Shown here: in pieces, positions 56,531-57,246 of the stretch
How the letters are laid out: each line of letters begins with the position of its first letter
Position numbering within the stretch: the stretch's first letter is position 1
IMG/VR virus record: IMGVR_UViG_3300025600_000330
Span: 1 to 57,246 of that record
DNA length: 57,246 bases
DNA from: a virus
Taxonomy: Duplodnaviria > Caudoviricetes
Direction: 5' to 3' (one strand)
Made by a program: the position numbers and the translations under genes
The notes under the pieces: generated by a model
What the model was told of the DNA's origin: nothing
What the model saw: only the letters and a program-made list of their open reading frames with translations
Databases searched by the model: none

Positions 56531-57246
56531 GCGCGACCATCATAGTGAAAGTGGTACAGGTAGCGATCTTCCCCCCCAAATCCGTTGTGGTTTCTGTCGC
56601 GCCCCAAAAGCCGCTGGTGGTGGCGATTAACCGGGGCATCCCCGGTCCTGCTGGCGAGGGTCTCCCCGGTGCCGACTCCACAGTTCCCGGCCCAAAGGGA
56701 GATACGGGCGCAAAGGGAGATCCCGGTGTGAAGGGAGATCCCGGTGCCGACTCCACCGTTCCCGGCCCGAAGGGAGATACGGGCGTAGGTCTCCCCGGCG
56801 CAGACTCCACCGTCCCCGGCCCAAAGGGAGATCCCGGCGCTGACGGTGCATCCACAGCAAGTGCTGTCTCCGTGGACACTTCCGGGTTCAATGGCAACCT
56901 CACTGCCGAGGACAATACTGTCCAGAAGGTGGCGCAGAAGGTTGATGATCTGGCGGCGGTTCCGCTGAAAGCCGCTGGGTCGGACATACTCACTAGAACC
57001 GATGACAGCAAATATCTCACAGCCAAGGCGTTGTGGGATGCGGGGATAACGTCCTTGCTCCTTGCGAACAGTACCGGGGGGGCGGTCACCATAGTCGACG
57101 GGTACAGGATACACACGTTTACGGCGAGCGGTTTTTTCGTTCCGAGTTCGGCAGTTGACGTAGATGTTCTAGTTGTCGCAGGAGGCGGGGGTGGTGGGAG
57201 GGGCATCGGCGGCGGCGGCGGCGGCGGCGGGTTGATATATTCACTG
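56527..57246 (+). CDS. collagen-repeat tail fibre with glycine-rich domain (truncated by window end)
   Basis: GTGA overlap; PGADSTVPGPKGD x3; GYRIHTFTASG...LVVAGGGGGG; no stop in the window. Confidence 0.8.
   Translation, partial: MSATIIVKVVQVAIFPPKSVVVSVAPQKPLVVAINRGIPGPAGEGLPGADSTVPGPKGDTGAKGDPGVKGDPGADSTVPGPKGDTGVGLPGADSTVPGPKGDPGADGASTASAVSVDTSGFNGNLTAEDNTVQKVAQKVDDLAAVPLKAAGSDILTRTDDSKYLTAKALWDAGITSLLLANSTGGAVTIVDGYRIHTFTASGFFVPSSAVDVDVLVVAGGGGGGRGIGGGGGGGGLIYSL

Overview
The whole window is one temperate tailed phage genome segment (about 58-60% GC by eye, podovirus-like morphogenesis genes). The SSB and HU sequences look Desulfuromonadia/Geobacter-like (inference). Gene order: small early genes; a leftward repressor-integrase operon; YqaJ exonuclease, an unassigned annealing-protein candidate and RuvC; an HNH, a replication initiator carrying iteron-like repeats and a DnaC-like loader; a 4.7 kb leftward island of tiny genes (LPD29-, DarA_C- and DUF4942-like) built from repeated promoter/operator/hairpin modules; terS separated from terL by about 10 kb of accessory genes (radical-SAM gene broken at a C10 tract, ParB-like proteins, HU, two structured intergenic regions); Tad2-like DUF2829, SSB, tRNA-Asn(GTT); portal, scaffold, capsid, fibre, adaptor/nozzle, ejection proteins; and a collagen-repeat fibre cut by the window end. 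The most striking unannotated structure is regulatory. One 17-bp motif (ATTC-N9-GAAT) recurs at about 13 mostly intergenic sites from 3.7 to 55 kb, usually just upstream of a -35 box. A second palindrome (CCGTAGCGTTACGG) sits inside the spacers of the four leftward-island promoters. All family calls are from motif recognition, not database searches.
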